From contig CBDCKW010000005.1 of the NCBI GenBank assembly GCA_965218435.1, positions 96,001 through 160,000 of the forward strand: 64,000 bases of DNA, written 5' to 3'. Shown here one piece after another: positions 1-11,028 of this stretch (the first letter of the stretch is position 1; each line of letters starts with the position of its first letter). The position numbers and the translations under genes are program-made. This DNA is from Truepera sp. (GTDB lineage: Bacteria; Deinococcota; Deinococci; Deinococcales; Trueperaceae). The notes beneath the pieces are model-generated. The model saw nothing but the letters and a program-made list of their open reading frames with translations. It did no database searches and was not told the origin of the DNA.

Positions 1-808
1 GTGAGTCTTTCGCATCGTCATTCCTCTCAGCCTGACTCACATCTTTTCTGGCTTGGGTTTTAGGGGTCACATCACACCCGACTGGTGCAGGCTCGGCGTG
101 AGCCCCAGATACGCACCCACGCCGCTAATCTGTCTCAGGGTTTGCGTCTCGGGGTAGCGTTCTTCCACCAGTCGTTGGATTGATTGTCTCATTACAGCTT
201 TCAATCTGCTTGCTCAGCTCAGCGAGCGTCTTTAGCATCGGCACCAGTGCGGGTCGAAGCGGCTCAGGCAGGTGATCTATAACCTTGCTATGAAAGCTGG
301 CACTCGAGCATCTTGGTAAGTAGCCTCCGAAGGACTTGACGACACCCCGGACATGGTTGATGAGCCGCGTGCGCGTTTTGACTAGGGTGTCGCGAGCGCG
401 TATGAGTGCCAGATCGGCTTGAGCGATTTCGTTGCGGTGTTCGATAGGAGCCAGTAATTTGGGGTCGAGCCTAGCAACGCGCGCCAGATTCTCCGCGTCC
501 GACCGATCACTTTTTCGCTCATTCCGGTAGATGAAACCGAGTTTGCGAGCGTTGGCTACCAAGACCTCGTGACCACACATAGCCAGCAGTCGACTCACCC
601 ACGGGGAGTGCTTACCCGTTTCCACGGCGACGCGCATTACTTCGTGACTTGCAAAATACCGTTTGAACCTTGTCGGGTCGGTGGTAGGCAAGCGCATCTC
701 TTCGATCAGCTCACCGGTTGCTGTGTCGACAATGTAGAGGTAGCTGTACTTGTCACCCAGATCGAACCCTGCGGTCATCTGTTTTTCTGCTTGGCTACAC
801 TGCGTCAT
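1..808 (-). pseudogene. IS110-family transposase, decayed
   Basis: GFDLGDK, VETG and KSDRSDA RuvC-like DEDD motifs; frameshift near 170; then ISGVG joined directly to AYLGLTP (internal deletion) and a stop; likely start 808 after AGGAGG. Confidence 0.85.
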
Positions 809-915
809 CCTCACCCTCCTTCTCTGGGCCACCCTAGTCCACATCTTTGACAAATCCAGTTTGAGGGTACTGCGGCTCAGGGGGCGGCCTTCTCATTCCA
901 TCTGGTATAACGTTG

Positions 916-1854
916 TCAAGTCATCATGCTAGCCGAGCCAGGAGATAGAGTACGTTTGAGATGTCGAAACAGTTCACGAGCGATGTAGGTTTTGAAGATA
1001 CGCAGAGAGGCTCGTTGCGTTTTGCCCTGAGCCTTGAGCTTTGCCAGCAGCGTCTTAGTCCGTTCGTCACAACGACTTCTCGTTAGCGCGATGATGTGGA
1101 GTGCCCAATTCAGACGGCGGTTGCCGCCGTGGTTGAGCTGCATCCGGCTGTTCTTGCCACTGCCTCGTTCGACCGGGGCAGCACCGCAGTAGCTGGCGAA
1201 CTGGCCTTCATTTGCAAAACGTTCGATCGTACCGACTTCGCCCAAAATGACGCTAGCTACCACGGGTCCAACGCCTAAAAGCTCCAGCAACGTAGGTGCA
1301 GAAGCCTTGACCCGCGTCTTCATCTGTTTAGCCAGCTCGGTAAGTTGCTCTTGCAAGACCTGAATGACCTGCGTCAAAGCAGGACGGACAGACGAACCTG
1401 CACCGAGTGCTTGTAAGGCCATCTTGTTGGCTTTGAGTTGCTCGGACAGACGCCTTTGAGTCCGCGTCAGGTCTTGCAACTCACGCTGCTGTTCCCCAGG
1501 TTGAAAGGGAGGCAGTTCAGGATTAGCCATGAGCGCTCTCGCGGCGTTTTGGGCATCCACGACATCGTTTTTCTTTCTACTCAGACGAGCGCGATACTGA
1601 CTGGTGAGATTTGGAGGGATGTGGCAAACCACCTCGCCCTGCTCAAGTAGTTCATTCACGAACGGCAGGATGTAGCGGTTGGCTGCTCCTTCGACGGCCC
1701 AACGACGTTCCGAAAAAGAGCGTGCAAAGCAGTGAAGCTGCGTTAGACCTTCGGCATTATTGGTTACCGTCAAAAATGCCAGCGTGCTGCCGTGCTCATC
1801 AAGCGCAGCTACAGTATGGCCGTCTGGATGCGGGTCAAGACCTATTGTGACCAT
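916..1854 (-). CDS. IS110-family transposase, intact
   Basis: IGLD, VEG, KKNDVVDA DEDD tetrad; GVGP, YCGAAP, SG catalytic-Ser motif, GGNRRLN; AGGAGG upstream. Confidence 0.92.
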   Translation of the reverse strand: MVTIGLDPHPDGHTVAALDEHGSTLAFLTVTNNAEGLTQLHCFARSFSERRWAVEGAANRYILPFVNELLEQGEVVCHIPPNLTSQYRARLSRKKNDVVDAQNAARALMANPELPPFQPGEQQRELQDLTRTQRRLSEQLKANKMALQALGAGSSVRPALTQVIQVLQEQLTELAKQMKTRVKASAPTLLELLGVGPVVASVILGEVGTIERFANEGQFASYCGAAPVERGSGKNSRMQLNHGGNRRLNWALHIIALTRSRCDERTKTLLAKLKAQGKTQRASLRIFKTYIARELFRHLKRTLSPGSASMMT

Positions 1855-1859
1855 GTCGC

Positions 1860-2028
1860 CTTACACCTCCTATGATGAGGTAGGCACGGCGTACGCATGT
1901 CTGAACGGATCATGCCTTACGGCAGCCTGGTATCCGGCGTTATGCCGTGCCCTAATCGTTGGTGAGGTGTGCAAATCAAGTTACAGCCACATCATTAGGC
2001 TGACAGAACCTGGGCAACACCCCAAGCT
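1860..2028 (-). ncRNA. candidate IS110 bridge/seek RNA
   Basis: ~170-nt noncoding stretch upstream of the transposase with nested stems (ACACCTC/GAGGTGT, GGCACGGC/GCCGTGCC, CAGCC/GGCTG) and TATAAC just upstream. Confidence 0.5.
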
Positions 2029-2048
2029 CGTTATACAGACGGAACCCT

Positions 2049-2528
2049 TCAAATCTCTGGCTCTAGCATCGCTAGCCGTTCGCGTACCTTATCGCTGATG
2101 GCGGTCAGCATCGCCATTTCTTCCTCGCTGAGATGATCAATGACGACGGAGCGGATGTCAGCTACGTGCTGCGGAAGCGCGGTTTTGATCAGCTCTCTGC
2201 CCTGTGAAGTGATGGCAACGACCGCACTCCGCCGGTCGTCGAGGCACCGCTCGCGCGACACTAGACCCCGAGTCTGCATCCGGCCCAAGTGTTGAGAGAG
2301 ACGACTCTTCTCCCAGCGCAGCAAGTGAGCGAGCTCGAAGGACCGCAACCGCCCCTCAGATGCCTCCGAAAGGTGGGCCAAGACCCGGAAGTCGGCGCTC
2401 GAGAGGCTACAACGGCTGCGCAGCTGCCTGTCGAGGAACTCGCCGAGGTCTTCTTGCATCGCTATTAAGCTGCGCCAGGCTCGCTCTTCTCGATCATCCA
2501 GTCCATCCAGCAATTTCACGTTAATCAT
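2049..2528 (-). CDS. MarR-family transcriptional regulator
   Basis: wHTH with WEKSRLSQHLGRMQTRGLVSR and DDRRS motifs. Confidence 0.9.
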   Translation of the reverse strand: MINVKLLDGLDDREERAWRSLIAMQEDLGEFLDRQLRSRCSLSSADFRVLAHLSEASEGRLRSFELAHLLRWEKSRLSQHLGRMQTRGLVSRERCLDDRRSAVVAITSQGRELIKTALPQHVADIRSVVIDHLSEEEMAMLTAISDKVRERLAMLEPEI

Positions 2529-2546
2529 ACCTATCATTCTAGCATT

Positions 2547-2598
2547 TAGTTGACATGGTAACCATCTAAGCATAGAGTGTAGTTAACATGGTAACCAT
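2547..2598. promoter_or_regulatory. duplicated MarR-type operator
   Basis: TAGTT(G/A)ACATGGTAACCAT at 2547-2565 and 2580-2598, each quasi-palindromic, between divergent genes. Confidence 0.75.
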
Positions 2599-2770
2599 TA
2601 GGAGGTTATATGACCCCAGTACGTAAATGTAGCCCGTTATTTTGCATACGGCCAGTCAAGACGCCATCAGGTCCTCGGTTGTCGTCCGCCGCAGGTCGGC
2701 CTCACCTGCACTTAACCAATCCGGGTAACCCAAACTTACGCAAGACCCGTTTAGCCTAAAGGAGACCGAA

Positions 2771-3313
2771 ATGAAGATTGTGACGATTGGACGAGGGAAG
2801 ATCGGTGGAGGGCTAGCCAACCTTTGGCGGAACGCAGGCCACGAGGTCGACGGGCTTGGGCGTGATGGTGGGGATGCATCGAGCGCGGACGTCGTCCTGA
2901 TCGCCGTGCCCGGCGCAGAGATCTCACCCGCCTTGAGCAAGGTGACAGGACTCGCGGGGAAGATAGCGATCGACGCTACGAACATCCTGCCCGCGCGTCA
3001 CGGCGACTTCGAGTCCTACGCCCACGAAGTGAAGTCTTTCACCCACGCCCCGGTTGCCAAGAGCTTCAACATGAACTTCGGGAAGCTGTTCGGCGCAGCG
3101 CGGGAGCAGCGAGTGCGACCGAGCAACCTGTACGTCGCCGACGACGGTGCCCGCGACGTCACTGAGCAGCTTATCCGCGATGCCGGGTACGATCCGGTCA
3201 ACGTTGGGGACCTGTCACGAGCCCGCGACTTCGAGAACGCGGTGTGGCTACTGATCGGTATTCAGCCGGTCGGCGGGGTGTTCTACCGATTCGCCGTGCC
3301 TGGCGAGCTCTGA
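2771..3313 (+). CDS. NADP oxidoreductase (F420_oxidored-like dinucleotide-binding enzyme)
   Basis: IGRGKIGG Rossmann motif, IDATN, VAKSFN. Confidence 0.85.
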   Translation: MKIVTIGRGKIGGGLANLWRNAGHEVDGLGRDGGDASSADVVLIAVPGAEISPALSKVTGLAGKIAIDATNILPARHGDFESYAHEVKSFTHAPVAKSFNMNFGKLFGAAREQRVRPSNLYVADDGARDVTEQLIRDAGYDPVNVGDLSRARDFENAVWLLIGIQPVGGVFYRFAVPGEL

Positions 3314-3402
3314 TCAAATTGACCGGCGCATGAGGGTTCGTCAATCCGGACCCGCTGGCCAGCCGAACGTCCACGTAATTGTCATCACCAAGAGGAGAAC
3401 AT

Positions 3403-4359
3403 ATGAAAGCAGCAATTGTCCGAGGCTCCAACCAGACACCCGTTTACGGGGAATTCGACGAGCCCAGGCCGCGGGACGGCCTGGTGGTAATTCGTGTCGC
3501 AGCCTCCGCGCTCTCCAACGTCACGCGCGCGCGGGCAGCGGGTAACCACTACTCGACGACAGGCGGGTTCCCCCTCGTGCCTGGCATTGACGGCGTCGGC
3601 CGGACGGAGAGTGGTGCGCGCGTCGGGTTCCTGCTGCCGGAAGCACCCTTCGGCGGCATGGCTGAAAAGACGCTTGTGCGAGAGGCACTCTGCCTACCGG
3701 TCCCAGACAACGTCAGCGACGCGCTCGCTGCGGCGATCATCAACCCGGGTCAGTCACCGATTGGCGCACTGCGCAACCGTGCAGCTTTCCAGCGCGGCGA
3801 GAGCGTCTTGATCAACGGTGCGACAGGCACGACCGGGCAGGTCGCCGTCCAGATCGCTAAGTATCTAGGTGCCGACCGCGTAGTCGCCACTGGCCGCAGC
3901 TCCGACGCGCTGGCCAAGCTTATCGAGCTGGGGGCTGACGCCACCGTTGACCTCACTGCCGATGCCGACGTCATCCGAGACTCGCTAGCGGTGCACCTCG
4001 CCGACGGCGGCATCGACGTCGTCCTCGACTACCTCTCCGGCCTGCCCACTGAGACCGTCATGGCGGCCGTCGCCGGTAGCCACAAAGCGGCCAAGCCAGT
4101 CCGCTACATCATCGCCGGCACTGCTGCGGGCGCATCAATCAACGTGCCCACCAGTGTGCTGGGGTCCACCCCACTCCTGCTAATGGGCAGCGGGATCGGA
4201 GCGGTGAGTGTGCCTGACATCGTGCAAGCGGCCGCAGACGCCCTACAGATCGCTGGATTGGCGAACCTGCAGGTCGACCTGACCGAGATACCACTGTCCC
4301 AAGTTGAGGAGGCGTGGGTTGCCAACCACGACCGTAGCCGCGTCGTCTTCACAATCTGA
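3403..4359 (+). CDS. MDR-superfamily quinone oxidoreductase-like protein
   Basis: PGIDGVG, NGATGTTG, DVVLDYL; GAGGAG upstream of ATG 3403. Confidence 0.88.
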   Translation: MKAAIVRGSNQTPVYGEFDEPRPRDGLVVIRVAASALSNVTRARAAGNHYSTTGGFPLVPGIDGVGRTESGARVGFLLPEAPFGGMAEKTLVREALCLPVPDNVSDALAAAIINPGQSPIGALRNRAAFQRGESVLINGATGTTGQVAVQIAKYLGADRVVATGRSSDALAKLIELGADATVDLTADADVIRDSLAVHLADGGIDVVLDYLSGLPTETVMAAVAGSHKAAKPVRYIIAGTAAGASINVPTSVLGSTPLLLMGSGIGAVSVPDIVQAAADALQIAGLANLQVDLTEIPLSQVEEAWVANHDRSRVVFTI

Positions 4360-4571
4360 CTGGTCGCTCGAATGGCTGAGGAACGTGCACAGAGCGAAGC
4401 CTGAAGGGGTCCGAGTATTAGTAGGAACGGAGTAAGCCAAGAAAAGGAGCACGAATATGACAGCTCAACCTACCAACATTTAGGCCGCAACACCGTTTTG
4501 AGCCCCGCACAGCGCGGGGTCCACACAGGCTTAACTTCTACAGCTAAACCCGCCGGAGGCGCTGAAAAGGT

Positions 4572-5641
4572 CTAAGCTGGTCGGTGCTCCAGGGTGACGT
4601 AAGCGTCACGGCCAGCTCCAAGACCCGCAAACAGCAGCGCCACCGTAACTGCGAACAGCAGGGCTAACGGCAAACTCCACGACCGCGTGAGGTCGTGAAG
4701 AACGCCGAAAAGAAAAGGACCAGCTGCAGCTAAGAGATACCCGGCCGACTGAGCCATCCCTGAAAGCGCGGCGGCCCCCGCAGCGTCGGCTGTGCGCAGC
4801 GCGAACAGGGTGAGCGCCAAGCTGATGCTCGCCCCCTATCCGAGCCCTAAAAGCGACACCCAGAGTACAGTCAGCACACTGCCCGAGAGCAGAAGGCCCA
4901 AGATGCCCGCGCCGCTCGAGAGGGCCGCCGCCGCGAGCAGATCGCGCTGAGCAGGGCGGCGTCCGGCGAGTATCGGCGCGATCAGCGCCGCCGGGATACC
5001 GACGAACTGCATGAGCGAGACCATCCAGCCCGCCTGGGCCGCGCTCATGCCGCTGTCTTGCAAGACCTCGGGCAGCCAAGCGATGCTGGCGTAAAACACC
5101 ACCGACTGCAACCCCATAAACAAGGTGACTTGCCAAGCGAGCGGGGACCGCCACAGGCCCCCTTGAGCGGGGACAGCAGCGGCTGAGGCCACAGGTCTCT
5201 CTCCGCGCAGCAGATAGAGCCAGACGACGGCGGCGACAAGCGCAGGAAGCGCCCAGACCCCGAGTGCGCTGCGCCAGCCGACGTTTCCTTGCTGGACTTG
5301 GGCTAAGGGAACGCTCACACCTGCGCCGAGCGCCGCGCCGGAATTCATCACGGTGATGTAGACGCCCATCAGCAGGCCGGTGTGCTCGGGGAACTCGCGT
5401 TTCACGAGGCTCGGCAGCAGCACGTTGCCGACGGCTATGGCTAGGCCCAACAAGGTGGTCCCGGCGAACAGGGCGACGACCCCCGTGCTATCCCCGCCGC
5501 AAGGAGGAGCAGGCTGCCCGTCAGTACACGCTTCAGCCCGAACCTGCGGGCCAGCGCGGGCGCGGGGAGCGAAAGGGCGGCAAAGCAGAGCAGCGGCAGG
5601 GTGGTCAAAAACCCCGCCGCCCCGCTCGAGTGATAAACCAA
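4572..5641 (-). pseudogene. CynX/NimT-type MFS transporter, frameshifted and 5'-truncated
   Basis: LTTLPLLCF, GNVLLPSLVK, FMGLQS and LSGMAQSAGY motifs split over three frames. Confidence 0.85.
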
Positions 5642-5682
5642 GTTCTAAACCTCCGCTTCAGTTCCGGCTTCTTCGCCGCAGG

Positions 5683-7255
5683 CTATAACAGGGGGGCTAC
5701 CGCAGCCGTTATGGGCACTTCTAGCACCGTTGGCCCGGGGCGGCGCAGGGCAGCTTGTAGGGCCTCGGCCAAGGCGTCCTTTGTAGCGACACGAAAGGCG
5801 GCGCAGCCGTAACCCATCGCCAGCGCGACAAAATCAATGCCAGGAAGGTCCAGGCCGGGCGCGCCGGGCGTCTGCTGCTGGGCGGCAAAGGCTTTGAGAA
5901 TGCCGTATTCCTGATTGCGTAGTACCAGAAACACCACCGGCAGCTGGTGTTGAGCCGCCGTATACAGCGCCTGAACGGAATAATTTGTCGCGCCGTCGCC
6001 TAAAACGGCCAGTACCGGCCGCTGGCGACCGGTGTCCTGCTCGGCCAGCGCCCAGCCCACCGCTGGCAAATAGGGAAAACGAGCGGGGCCGGGTGATGGG
6101 CACCCATTTATGAAACTCTGTCACATTAGAGGTAGACTCCAGCAGCAGCACCGCGTCGTCCGGGCGGTTGGCTTGTAGGGTTGCAAAGACCTCGGCCGGT
6201 ACGAGCACCGCACCCGGTGGGTCAGGTAGGTCGCGCGCCACGCTGCGCGGCGGCGCGGCTGGATAGGACCCCGGCTCTACCAGCTCGAGCAGGGCTTCCA
6301 CCGCCAGACGGGTATCGGCCAGCAGGCTGTCGCCTATAGGGGCGCGCGCAGCCTCGGCCGGGTCGTCGGTGATATGCAGCAGCCGCGCCCCAGCCGGCAG
6401 GTAGTCGCCCGGTACGTAAGGGTAGTAGCGAAATACGGGCGCGCCCACCACCACTAGATCGTGGCCCGCGAGTTGCTCGCTCAGCGGCGCGATAGCGAAG
6501 GGCAAAAACCCTTGAAACAGCGGATGCTCTTCCGAAAACGCGGCCCGCTCACTTTCGGGCGGAGCCCAGACGGGCACCTTTAGGGTTTCGGCCAGCCGCT
6601 GCGCCGCGTCCCAACCGTCAGCGCGGTCTAGGGCGGCCCCTAATACCAACACCGGGCTTTTGGCCTGGCTGATGTGCTGGGCGAATTCTTGTAAGCGGGC
6701 CGGGTCCGGCCCTACACGCTGGCTGAGCGTACGCACGGCGGCGCTGCCCAGAGCCGACTTTGCAAAATCGTCCATCGGCAAGGATAAGAAAACCGGCCCG
6801 GCCGGAGGCTGCACCGCCGTGGCGTAAGCCCGCATCAGCGCAGCGGGCACATCGGCGGCCCGCGCGGGCTCGTAACTCCACTTCACCCAAGGGCGCGGCG
6901 TCTCTACAGCCTGCACGTTGGTGAGGTAGGGCTCTAGCAGCAGCATGTCCCGGGTCTGCTGCCCAGCCGTGACGATCAGGGGCGTTTTGTTGTAAAAGGC
7001 GCAGATCAAGTTACCCACCGCGTGACCCACGCCTGCAAAGGTGTGCAGATTGACCAGCGCCGGCCGACTGTTCCCTTGCGCGTACCCGTCGGCCATTGCC
7101 AGTACGGAGGCTTCTTGCAAACCCAGCACGTAGGTAAAGTCAGCCGGAAAATCCTGTAAGAAGGGCTCTTCAGTAGACCCGGGGTTCCCGAAAATGGTGG
7201 TTAGGCCCAACTGCCGCAGCAGGTCGTAAGTGGCCTCTCGAACGGTGGGTGTCAT
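5683..7255 (-). pseudogene. mdlC: benzoylformate decarboxylase (ThDP enzyme), frameshifted near 6065
   Basis: FGNPGSTE, LQEASVLAMADGYAQ; the GDG...N ThDP motif lies in a different frame. Confidence 0.85.
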
Positions 7256-7564
7256 GGGTAAACAGGCTCCTAAACATAGTGGACCTTCCGATCCACTGCT
7301 GAACTTGTACGAAAAGTCGGTTAAACAAGACTCTTCTGTTCTGTTGTCCTGCTTGCGACCGCTCAAACTTTTTGCCGTATGGCGGCGAGTACGGAATGCA
7401 AATCCCGCAGGCATGGTCTCTTAGTGTGGTGCTAGAGTGCGCAGCATTCTCTGAGAGCGTTGCGTCCCGGATGGTACCCGCTACACCACACAGTTGCTTC
7501 TCGAGTTTGTTTGAAGCAACCGTGTGAGTATTCGCGCTGAGGGTTGACGTAACCGATCCGGGTT

Positions 7565-8514
7565 TTACTGCCGGACAAACGCCAGCGTGTCCGCAATCAT
7601 CTGGTCGGAATTGGTCGCGTAGAAGCCGTGCGGGTGGCCTTCGTACTCGATCAGCTGCGAGCTTGGAATCATGCAGTGGGCGCGTCGGGCAGTCGCTTCG
7701 ATGGGCAAGGGCTTGTCCTCGGTGCCATGCAAAATCAGCGTAGGTACGCTTAGCGCGGGCATGTCGCCTGTGAAGTCACCAAAAGAAAACGAATGCGCCA
7801 TGTCGATGAGCGGCTTCATTCCGGCAGTAAGGGCCGTGGTCACTGCCGCTTCGAGCACGTCTTTACTCGCGGTGTGGGTCCCACCTACACCGTAAAAGGG
7901 CGGCAAAAAGGTGTGCCTAAAGAACGCCGCCGGGTCCTCCTGAATCCCCTGGTTGATGGGATCAAAGCTCGAGCCTGGGTTGCCGTGCGGGTTGTCTTTA
8001 GACTTGAGCACCCCCGGCGTAACCGAGGCGTAAAGCCCGACCTTGATGACACCCTTGCCGTCATGTCGGCTCATGTAGCGCGCCGCTTCGCCGCCGCCCA
8101 TCGAGTAGCCGATCACCGTGACGTCTTTCGTAGCGCCCGTGGCTTGCATCACGTCGGCGAGGTCGTCGGAAAGCGAATCCCAGTCGTAGCCCCCCAGGGC
8201 TGGCTCGACCGGCCCATCCCGCGCCGGTCGTAGTTGAGCACCCGGTGTCCGGCTTCGGCGAGTTTCATAGCGAGGCGGTCGAGGCTGTCGGCGTTGAGCG
8301 GCCAGCCGTGTATGAGGATAACGGGGCGGCCGCTACCCCACTCTTTGACGTAGAGTTCTGTGCCGTCGCGAGTTCTGATTCGGGGCATACGTTGCCTTTC
8401 CACTGCTTGGGGCCTGGTTGCTGGGGCCGCTGCTGCCGTGGACACACCGACGCTCGCGGCGGCGACTCCGGCGGCAACTCCGGTTGCGACTTTTAAGAAA
8501 TTCCTGCGTTCCAT
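7565..8514 (-). pseudogene. Tat-exported alpha/beta hydrolase (non-heme haloperoxidase/arylesterase-like), frameshifted near 8190
   Basis: RRNFLK Tat motif, [19 protein letters not shown] nucleophile elbow; split at a C-run. Confidence 0.85.
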
Positions 8515-8641
8515 ACCTCTGCTCCTGACGCGTCTTACGGGCGCTTGGTCGGTTCAGCCTCTTAACGGGCAAGCGTTGTCTGCTTCTCCGTTAGGCGAGA
8601 GTTCGCCGCTACTCATCGAGCGGTTTACCTGTTTCGGTTTT

Positions 8642-9271
8642 TTAGCTGATGAGCTTCCAGGCACTACGAAAACCCAGGTCCAGCGGCTCTTGTAGGGTAA
8701 TCCCGAGAAAGCCCAAACCTTCCAGCTGCCGCGCCCGGCGCAACGAACCGGCGTCCACCGCCACGAGTCCACTGTCCCGGACCAGCGCAGCGACGGTCTC
8801 TTTTGCGTCCGCGTCATCCCCGGCGATCAAAACGTCGAGCGGCTGACCCGCGACCTGACTATCAACTAGAGTTGGCGCGAACGTCGTGTTAAACGCCTTG
8901 ACGATCCGTGTCCCCTCGGAGGCCGCCTTCGCGATCTCCTCAGCCGCCGAACTGTCGGGCGGGGTCACAAGATCATCCATTGTGTCCCAGTTCACCGGAT
9001 TGGTGGTGTCCACGACGACCTTGCCGGAGAGCGCCTCACCGTACCGCTGCATGATGGGCACAGCGGCCTCAAAGGGGACGGCAAGCACGACCACATTGCC
9101 CGTGATGGGATCACCCGTCGTGCCGGAGCCGACCGACCCGCCGAGTTCACCCGCGAGCGCCTCAGCCTTGTCAGCCTCCGTGCCTAGCAGCGTGACGTTG
9201 TGACCTCCGGCGAGAAAGCGAGTCGCAAGGCCTCGAGCCATGTTTCCAGTACCGAATATCGTAATGTTCAC
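8642..9271 (-). CDS. NADPH-dependent F420 reductase-like oxidoreductase
   Basis: GTGNMA, VDTTNP, VKAFNT, AGDD. Confidence 0.88.
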   Translation of the reverse strand: MNITIFGTGNMARGLATRFLAGGHNVTLLGTEADKAEALAGELGGSVGSGTTGDPITGNVVVLAVPFEAAVPIMQRYGEALSGKVVVDTTNPVNWDTMDDLVTPPDSSAAEEIAKAASEGTRIVKAFNTTFAPTLVDSQVAGQPLDVLIAGDDADAKETVAALVRDSGLVAVDAGSLRRARQLEGLGFLGITLQEPLDLGFRSAWKLIS

Positions 9272-9318
9272 CTCTTTGCCCCTTTCTTTTCACGCTTTGC
9301 TTACCACCTCTGTATAGG

Positions 9319-9340
9319 TAAACGGAACATATTCCGTTTA
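9319..9340. promoter_or_regulatory. palindromic operator (TetR-like)
   Basis: TAAACGGAA-CATA-TTCCGTTTA, perfect 9-bp arms upstream of the 8642-9271 gene. Confidence 0.6.
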
Positions 9341-9344
9341 GTTT

Positions 9345-9915
9345 AGCGTGAAAACCCACCGTCTTTGGCGGTGGTGATGTAACGTCGGCTATGCCTTACT
9401 GTTTCGCCTGGGACACATAGGTCGTACCCTAAGGCGTGGGGAAGTATAGAAAGCTTGCGCACGTTGTCTATCAGTGTAATTACCACATTGTGTGGGTGCC
9501 TAAATACCGTTACCGAGTGCTGACGGGTATGGTCAAAGAGTTGGTTGAGAAGGACGTCCATACGCTTTGTGAGTGGCGCTCTGTAGAAGTAATAGAGCTG
9601 AGTGTTCAAGCCGATCACATCCACTTGGTTTGTTCAATTCCTCCCAAGTTGTCAGTATCGGATTTCATGGGATTTCTCAAAGGGAAGCTTGCCATCAAGT
9701 TGTTCAAAAGCTAGCCAGGCTTACGGAAGAAACCATACTGGGGGAATCACTTTTGGACACGCGGTTACTTTGTCAACACTGTAGGTATAAACGAAGACCT
9801 GATCCGTCGTTATGTGAAGTACCAAGAGAAGCGCGAAAAAGAGGAAGAACGCAATCAGCAGGACTTTCTCTTCTAGAGTCATTTTCAAATCCACCGCCTC
9901 TGGCGGTGGTCGTTT
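9345..9915 (+). mobile_element. IS200-type (IS200/IS605 family) element
   Basis: matching subterminal hairpins CCACCG(T/C)C-N3-GGCGGTGG at 9356-9374 and 9891-9909 flanking tnpA; ends approximate. Confidence 0.85.
9436..9876 (+). pseudogene. tnpA: Y1 HUH transposase with a nonsense codon
   Basis: YHIVWVPKYR, DHIH (HUH); TAG at 9712-9714, then in-frame FWTRGYFVNTVG...YVKYQ. Confidence 0.9.
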
Positions 9916-10172
9916 AATTGCCGCTGTCGAAGGTGCATGGGAAGCCCAATCCCACTTGCTTGGTAGGGACGGGTGTTCAGGGCGTGCTTGAGGAGGTATT
10001 TTCTCAGGCTCAGGCGGCGGTGGAAGCAGAGCTGGCGCAGGTCTCGCTGTCGGATGTCAGCACGGCGTTTGAACCTACGGAGGTATAAGTCTGAAATTTT
10101 TTTGCCGCGAGTTGTAAGTTTTTTTACATGTTTCTCGTTCTCTCGTTTACTTTCTGCACAAAAGGAGTTTTT

Positions 10173-11024
10173 ATGATCGGAATTACCGGCGCTACCGGCC
10201 ACCTCGGCTACCTGACTGTACAGGCCCTGCTGAACCTAAGCGTGCCTCCTACCGAGATTGTGGCTCTCGTCCGCAACCTCGAGAAAGCGTCGGGGCTGAG
10301 CGCAAAGGGCGTGCAGGTGCGCCACGCCGACTACACCCAGCCGGAAACCCTGAGGGCGGCCTTACAGGGCATTGACAAGCTGCTGCTGATCTCGTCGAAC
10401 GATGTCGCCAACCGCGTCGGCCCACAGCAGAATGTCGTGGCGGCGGCCAAGCAGGCGGGAGTAAAGCTGATCGCCTACACCACCATCCTGCGGGCCGACA
10501 CCTCGACCATGCGGCTGGCCGAGGATCACAAGCACACCGAGGCGGCCATTCGCGAATCGGGCATTCCCTTCGTCTTCTTGCGCAACGGCTGGTATCTGGA
10601 AAACTATAACCCGGCGCAGGCCGCCGAGCACGGCGTGATCGCGGGCAACGCCGGAAAAGGGCTCGTGAGCGCCGCCGCCCGTGCCGACTACGCCGAGGCC
10701 GCGGCGGTGGTGCTGAGCCAAGACGGTCACGAGAACGCCATCTACGAGCTGGGGGGCGATGAGGGCTTCACGCTTGAAGAGCTGGCCGCCGAGGTGCAGG
10801 CGCAGAGCGGCCAGCCCGTCCGCTACCAAAATATGCCGGAGGCCGACTACGCCGCGATGCTGAAGGGTTTCGGCCTGCCTGACGCTATGGCAGAGAAGCT
10901 GGCCGATGCCGACATCAAATTGGAGAAGGGTGAGCTATACACCGACCATCGCGACCTGAGTAGATTGATCGGACGGCCTACCGCGACCCTCTCAGCGGGC
11001 GTCAAGGCTGCGCTTCAAGATTAA
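10173..11024 (+). CDS. NmrA-like atypical SDR, NAD(P)H:quinone oxidoreductase QorB/YtfG-like
   Basis: TGATGHLG, LRNGWYLENY, LSRLIGRP. Confidence 0.88.
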   Translation: MIGITGATGHLGYLTVQALLNLSVPPTEIVALVRNLEKASGLSAKGVQVRHADYTQPETLRAALQGIDKLLLISSNDVANRVGPQQNVVAAAKQAGVKLIAYTTILRADTSTMRLAEDHKHTEAAIRESGIPFVFLRNGWYLENYNPAQAAEHGVIAGNAGKGLVSAAARADYAEAAAVVLSQDGHENAIYELGGDEGFTLEELAAEVQAQSGQPVRYQNMPEADYAAMLKGFGLPDAMAEKLADADIKLEKGELYTDHRDLSRLIGRPTATLSAGVKAALQD

Positions 11025-11028
11025 ACAG

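Larger units (their letters stand above)
896..2044 (-). mobile_element. IS110/IS1111-type element with imperfect terminal-region inverted repeats
   Basis: TTCCATCTGGTATAACG (896-912) versus reverse complement of 2029-2044, TTCCGTCTGTATAACG; exact ends uncertain. Confidence 0.6.

Noticed and set aside
9345..9915. TnpB/omega RNA system
   Set aside because: Only tnpA lies between the two hairpins
9885..10202. HxlR-like regulator divergent from the qorB-like gene
   Set aside because: Expected from context, but I could not read a convincing HTH motif in any frame
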